The notes under the pieces: generated by a model | Databases searched by the model: none | Seen by the model: the letters and a program-made list of their open reading frames with translations, nothing else | Told to the model about the DNA's origin: nothing | Translations under genes and position numbers: made by a program | NCBI GenBank assembly: GCA_040754455.1 | Contig: JBFMCP010000001.1 | Coordinates: 32,001-96,000, forward strand | Origin: Nitrospirota bacterium | Lineage (GTDB): Bacteria; Nitrospirota; Thermodesulfovibrionia; Thermodesulfovibrionales; Dissulfurispiraceae | Direction: 5' to 3' | Length of the DNA: 64,000 nucleotides | Part shown: positions 60,150-64,000 of the stretch, piece by piece | How the letters are laid out: each line of letters starts with the position of its first letter | Numbering within the stretch: position 1 is the first letter of the stretch

Positions 60150-60896
60150 ATGAGCACTGCATTGCACATACAGCAGAGAGCGCAGAGGGTACAGTTGATC
60201 TGTGAGGCATGCCATAAGCCTTTTTCCGTCTCTCCGCATCGCGTCAGGGATGGGAAAGTGGTGCGCTTTTGTTCCCGGTCTTGCAGGAACAAGCTGCCGT
60301 GTCTGCGCAGTAGACCTCGCAAATACGAGTTCACTGCTGAAATGGATGCCATGGTCCGTAAGGTCTACGAGAACAACCTGGGCAAGCGGGGCCTTGTGAA
60401 TGCAGTGGCCAGGAAATTGGGAGTGCCGAGATGGAAAGTCTCTCGCCGAGCTGCTGAGATCGGAGCATATGTACCGCTCAAGAAAGAGCCTGAGTGGTCG
60501 GAGAGTGAGCTGAGGATTCTTCAGAAGTATGCTCATACCACTCCCCTATTCATTCAAAAGAAATTGAAGAGGGCCGGGTTCCACAGGAGCGAGACGGCCA
60601 TTACACTCAAGCGCAAGCGGATGAGGCTCCTGCAGAATTTAGACGGCATGTCGGGTCGGCAATGCGCTGAATTCTTTGGGGTGGATTCTCATTGGATTAC
60701 AGACAAGATAGAGAGAAATCTTTTGAAGGCTGAGAAGAGGCAAACCGCGAGAACAGAGAAGCAAGGGGGCGATATCTATTACATCAAAGAAAAAGATATA
60801 CGCCAATTTATCATCGATAACCCTGACCTGATCGATCTGAGAAAGGTGGAGAAGTTCTACTTTATCGAGCTTCTGTCGAAGGGGGGGGTACATTGA
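60150..60896 (+). CDS. Phage DNA-binding protein (Zn finger + Myb/HTH-like repeats)
   Basis: CEACHKPF..FCSRSC; WSESELRIL; AEFFGVDSHWI. Confidence 0.65.
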   Translation: MSTALHIQQRAQRVQLICEACHKPFSVSPHRVRDGKVVRFCSRSCRNKLPCLRSRPRKYEFTAEMDAMVRKVYENNLGKRGLVNAVARKLGVPRWKVSRRAAEIGAYVPLKKEPEWSESELRILQKYAHTTPLFIQKKLKRAGFHRSETAITLKRKRMRLLQNLDGMSGRQCAEFFGVDSHWITDKIERNLLKAEKRQTARTEKQGGDIYYIKEKDIRQFIIDNPDLIDLRKVEKFYFIELLSKGGVH

Positions 60897-60905
60897 AGTG
60901 CGGCG

Positions 60906-61259
60906 ATGGAGCAAGCGAGATTTGATTTTGATTTAACGGATGAGGAGCGCATGGTTCTCGCAGCATTGCGAGAGGGCAAGAGAAATGCCATTTTGGGAGC
61001 TGAGATCGTGAAATTAACAGGGATAGGATACGACAGAGTCAGACAGGTAATCTCTCATCTCGTCAATGATCACTATTATCTGATCGCAAGCTATTCGCGT
61101 GGCTATTACATCCCCACAAGTGCCGAGGAGGTTCTGGAGACCACTCGGAGCCTGCGGCATAGAGGTATCTCTATATTGGTAAGAGCGGCACGGCTGCAGA
61201 AAACCAGTGTCGAGGAAATATTCAAGCAATCAAGGATGGAGTTTCATGCGATGGTATGA
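60906..61259 (+). CDS. Phage winged-helix protein
   Basis: GKRNAI..EI..RVRQVISHL..IAS..GYYIP..EE. Confidence 0.75.
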   Translation: MEQARFDFDLTDEERMVLAALREGKRNAILGAEIVKLTGIGYDRVRQVISHLVNDHYYLIASYSRGYYIPTSAEEVLETTRSLRHRGISILVRAARLQKTSVEEIFKQSRMEFHAMV

Positions 61260-61557
61260 AGAATTAAAGATAGAGGAGATCGTCGAGCAGCTCGAAAAGG
61301 ACCCGCGCCTGGTGTATGAGCACGCCGGACTGCATGTGCTGATGATCCTATGGGAGAAGCTTCCCGGCATCTCCATCTATCTGTCCGAGAAGAGGCTCTT
61401 CGACATCAAGCGGACTTATGTCCGGCAGAAGTACAATCCGGATGATCCCCGCTATTCGGTCAAAGCTCTCGCGGCCCGGCTCGGGGTGTCTGAAAAATTC
61501 GTACAGACGGCGTTGTATGAAAAAGAAGACAACGATAAGCAGAATCAGCTTTTCTGA
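61246..61557 (+). CDS. Mor/C-family transcription activator
   Basis: L..L.E..PG..IY, VKALAARLGVSEKFV HTH, QNQLF tail; last early gene. Confidence 0.75.
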   Translation: MRWYEELKIEEIVEQLEKDPRLVYEHAGLHVLMILWEKLPGISIYLSEKRLFDIKRTYVRQKYNPDDPRYSVKALAARLGVSEKFVQTALYEKEDNDKQNQLF

Positions 61558-61582
61558 CAAGGGGCGTCTGAGCGTAAGGCGC

Positions 61583-62077
61583 TCACTGGTGAGGCTTTAG
61601 ATATTCCTTAATCGCCTCTTTAATCTCCTCAATATCGCTATCAGTAAGCTTTAGGAAAGGCCTCGCCGGTATCGTCACCTTTCTGCCTCTGCCGGCCTTC
61701 CCTCCGAACTGATGAATGGCGGCATAGACTTTATTGGTGCCTACTCGGGCGGATCTGGCATCCGATTTCCTGCTGATCGAGGCGGCGAGCTGCCCGGAGT
61801 CCTGGAGGATCTTCCGTCCGGCGAGCTTTTTGGCGATGCTCTTCCTCACCGCGCCCTTTTTGGTGTTCCACTTCCTTGCCCCTCCGAAAGCGCCCATTAT
61901 GGTCGATGCTGCAAGCGGTCTCCACCGGGGCCGTCCTTCGGCCTCGAAGTTCTCCTCCACCGCATCGTGCATGATTTCGGCTATCCGCCGCATCACCGGC
62001 GTCATATTGGTGCTGCGCCTCTGCAGCTCGGTGAGAAACCGCAGCGCCTCTTTATCTTTTACACTGATTTTAATCAT
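61583..62077 (-). CDS. Phage virion morphogenesis protein (Mu gpG-like)
   Basis: ENFEAEGRP.W.PL, ILQDSGQL..SI, VGTN..YAAIHQFGG, IPARPFL. Confidence 0.92.
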   Translation of the reverse strand: MIKISVKDKEALRFLTELQRRSTNMTPVMRRIAEIMHDAVEENFEAEGRPRWRPLAASTIMGAFGGARKWNTKKGAVRKSIAKKLAGRKILQDSGQLAASISRKSDARSARVGTNKVYAAIHQFGGKAGRGRKVTIPARPFLKLTDSDIEEIKEAIKEYLKPHQ

Positions 62078-62091
62078 GACCGCGCCTCCTG

Positions 62092-62100
62092 TGGTAAAAT
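62092..62100 (+). promoter_or_regulatory. Extended -10 promoter pointing against the head operon
   Basis: TGgTAAAAT, 6-7 nt upstream of the structured element. Confidence 0.55.
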
Positions 62101-62106
62101 AGAATC

Positions 62107-62188
62107 AAAGCCTGTGGAGGCAAGGCCACCTTATCTGGGGCCGCTAACGGACCGGGTTATCCGGCAGGATGCTCCACGGGTTTATTTT
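62107..62188 (+). ncRNA. Candidate structured small RNA convergent with the MuF-nuclease gene
   Basis: 12-bp closing stem 62108-62119/62172-62183 with two G-U pairs (plus strand only), two internal hairpins, U-rich tail, upstream promoter. Confidence 0.55.
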
Positions 62189-63510
62189 GTATAGAGCAGC
62201 GTGCCTGTCCTCTGCGCATCGAGATACTTCAGCTTGTCCGGCGAGAATGCCGTCGTCCCCTGCCATATATCGTCCACCAAATCAAAGACCACATATCCGG
62301 TTGCCTTGTCTGCCTTGTCCTGGTAGATGCCGATGTACCTTTTGCAGAGCCTGGTCTTATCTTTTCCCTTCACCCAGGTGAGCCAGATCTCCACGGGATC
62401 TTTAATGGTGTCCGCCAATAGTTTGAGATAGACCTCCCGGTCATCTCTCAGTACCTTATAGCCGCCTTTTAAACGATCTATAAACAGATCCTCTGAGATC
62501 ACCACCGGGTCATTGATCACGTCGCGGTAGACGATGGGCTTGCCGGCGCTGGTGCCAAACTCGCCGAGGAATGCGTTGACGTACTCTTCATTGCTCCACT
62601 TGCTCTTCTGATGAGGCGGCAGCAGCATATCCTTCTTCAGCGGTTTCGCAGGGAGCTTGTCGATCGGCGGCTTCTCGGAGATCGCAGCGCCGATAGTCTT
62701 GTAGCCTCTCTCCATCTCGGAAGGGTCAAAGGGCTTCGGGGTGAACGGCTCAAATGCCGCCTTGCCCGGATTGTAGTTCCATCCTGCATCCGGAGCGATC
62801 TTCATGCCGGTGACAGGATCTCTATAGGCCGTCACCTCCGTGAGCTCTCCGGTCTTCTTCGATATGAGTGCGTCCTGAGAGGAGAGCTTGCCCTCCGATG
62901 ATTCGACCGTCAGCCGTCTGCTCTTGAGATTGCCCTTGCTCAGTGCTCTTACTCTGCATCGGCATCCCCAGCCGTTCGGCGGGTAATGAGAGTTCCAAAA
63001 AGGATCGTCATATCTGAAGACCTTGCCGTGCAGCGCTGCATGGGCCGGTCTCGTGCGTGAGTCCATCACCGCGACATATTGCCAGTAGGGGCGATCATCG
63101 ATATTCTCCATAAACTCCTTATAGCGCCCGGCCATGTATGCGGTCTGCAGATTCGTCTGGTAGATCGTCCTCAGCCGGCGCGGCGAGCCGAGCTGCACTT
63201 CAGACGCCTTGCCCTCGGCATCCATTATCATCTTTTTGCCCCACCAGCCCTTTGCCTGGAGCCTGGTCGTGAGCTGCTTGCGAAACTCCTGCAGCGTAAG
63301 CCCTTCATTGAGAGACTTCTGCACCATGCCCCTGATGTCCTGAAGGATGTCCATGCGCATGACCTTTGCGACTGTGAAGGCTTTGGCATGGGCCTCCTGC
63401 CATGTATCCCACCAGTCCCAGCTGAAGGTATAGCCCTTGGATTTGAAGTACTCGATGGCCTTTTCGGGAGGCAGGCCTATCGCATAGAGGAGATCAGGCT
63501 TTGTCGGCAT
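62182..63510 (-). CDS. MuF (gpF) head morphogenesis protein with C-terminal PBECR2-like nuclease domain
   Basis: AFTVAK, L..KGWWG, RL.TIYQTN..AY.AG, YVAVMDSRTRP.H, YPPNGWGCRC, WNYNPG; C-terminal ISEDLF..LLADTIKDPVEIW..WQGTTAF..R.G.LLY. Confidence 0.88.
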   Translation of the reverse strand: MPTKPDLLYAIGLPPEKAIEYFKSKGYTFSWDWWDTWQEAHAKAFTVAKVMRMDILQDIRGMVQKSLNEGLTLQEFRKQLTTRLQAKGWWGKKMIMDAEGKASEVQLGSPRRLRTIYQTNLQTAYMAGRYKEFMENIDDRPYWQYVAVMDSRTRPAHAALHGKVFRYDDPFWNSHYPPNGWGCRCRVRALSKGNLKSRRLTVESSEGKLSSQDALISKKTGELTEVTAYRDPVTGMKIAPDAGWNYNPGKAAFEPFTPKPFDPSEMERGYKTIGAAISEKPPIDKLPAKPLKKDMLLPPHQKSKWSNEEYVNAFLGEFGTSAGKPIVYRDVINDPVVISEDLFIDRLKGGYKVLRDDREVYLKLLADTIKDPVEIWLTWVKGKDKTRLCKRYIGIYQDKADKATGYVVFDLVDDIWQGTTAFSPDKLKYLDAQRTGTLLYTK

Positions 63511-64000
63511 TCAGTCTTCCCCACAGCTCGGCCACGAAAATCGCACGTGCGAGCATCTCTTCGATTGCCGACGTATCCATGTTCGGATACGCCTCGGTGA
63601 GCTTTTCCATTATCTCCTCCGGAGAGCTGCCCTCATTTATAAGGTCAATAACAGGCTTTAAAACGCCTTCTACCTGCTTTTGCAATTCCTCGGGTGAGAT
63701 GGATTCGATAAGGTCATCTATGGCCTGCTGATCGGGAAAGAGTTCAGTTGAGCGCTCTGCGAACTCGGCCTCTGTGCTTCCGGGCTTCCGGGCTTCCGGA
63801 CTGACGACCTCGATGTCGCCTTCCTCAAATCCATATTCCCGCATGAAATATTGCTTCGTGAACTTCACCTGGCCGGTGTCGCTGAGAGTCTTGTCCCTCT
63901 CGGCCAGCGTCTTGTCCACGTCTTCTTCCTCGTAGAGCGAAAAAACCGGGCGCTCTCCACTGCCGAAGTTTAGCTCGAAGATCCACCCGATGAGCGTGTT
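63494..64000 (-). CDS. Portal protein Mu gp29 / DUF935 (3' part, truncated by the window)
   Basis: Open from the window edge: NTLIGWIFELNF..AERD..YF.R.YG..FAE..YP.MD...L.RAIFVAELWGR. Confidence 0.85.
   Translation of the reverse strand, partial: NTLIGWIFELNFGSGERPVFSLYEEEDVDKTLAERDKTLSDTGQVKFTKQYFMREYGFEEGDIEVVSPEARKPGSTEAEFAERSTELFPDQQAIDDLIESISPEELQKQVEGVLKPVIDLINEGSSPEEIMEKLTEAYPNMDTSAIEEMLARAIFVAELWGRLNADKA

Larger units (their letters stand above)
48689..64000. mobile_element. Mu-like transposable prophage (left part; continues beyond the window)
   Basis: Repressor, Mu-type DDE transposase + AAA ATPase, GemA, Mor-like, gpG/gpF/gp29 head genes; candidate TGT end with TGAGAA repeats. Confidence 0.92.

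Noticed and set aside
62107..62188. Calling the structured element a true tRNA
   Set aside because: No TTC T-loop, D-loop GG, 7-nt anticodon loop or CCA end; kept only as a candidate sRNA.

Overview
This is a bacterial chromosome segment. Gene content (RACo/ASKHA protein, CGGC protein, sigma-54 promoters, Geobacter-like nif order) suggests an anaerobic Nitrospirota/Desulfobacterota-type organism, but that is inference. All family calls come from recognising motifs by eye; no searches were run. Layout: (1) 1-6.6 kb housekeeping: two secreted proteins, RACo/DUF4445, an in-frame cysE-cysS fusion, rlmB, a PHP protein. (2) 6.7-29.4 kb general-stress/envelope island: hemerythrin, ChaB, YdaD-like SDR, a 14-gene uncharacterised TIGR04290/TIGR04295/CgeB glycosylation cluster, and a VTT-EEP-phospholipase D trio. 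(3) 29.4-38.2 kb: PilZ, a stand-alone dnaK with a sigma-54/IHF/UAS promoter, MFS, hybrid kinase, CGGC protein, EndoQ, response regulator. (4) 38.4-48.7 kb: a sigma-54-driven Mo-nitrogenase operon nifH-D-K-EN(fused)-X-I1-I2-fdxB-nifB-small membrane ORF-hesA, punctuated by 7-bp-period inverted repeats, one of which forms the NifE-NifN linker. (5) 48.7-64 kb: the left part of a Mu-like transposable prophage inserted just after hesA, with an inverted head module. The best novelty candidate is a MuF head protein with a C-terminal PBECR2-type nuclease and no immunity ORF. It is faced by a convergent promoter and an ~80-nt multi-hairpin RNA, a possible RNA antitoxin or tRNA decoy. Also notable are a circularly permuted glycoside-hydrolase pair in one operon and the cysE-cysS fusion that keeps an internal RBS.
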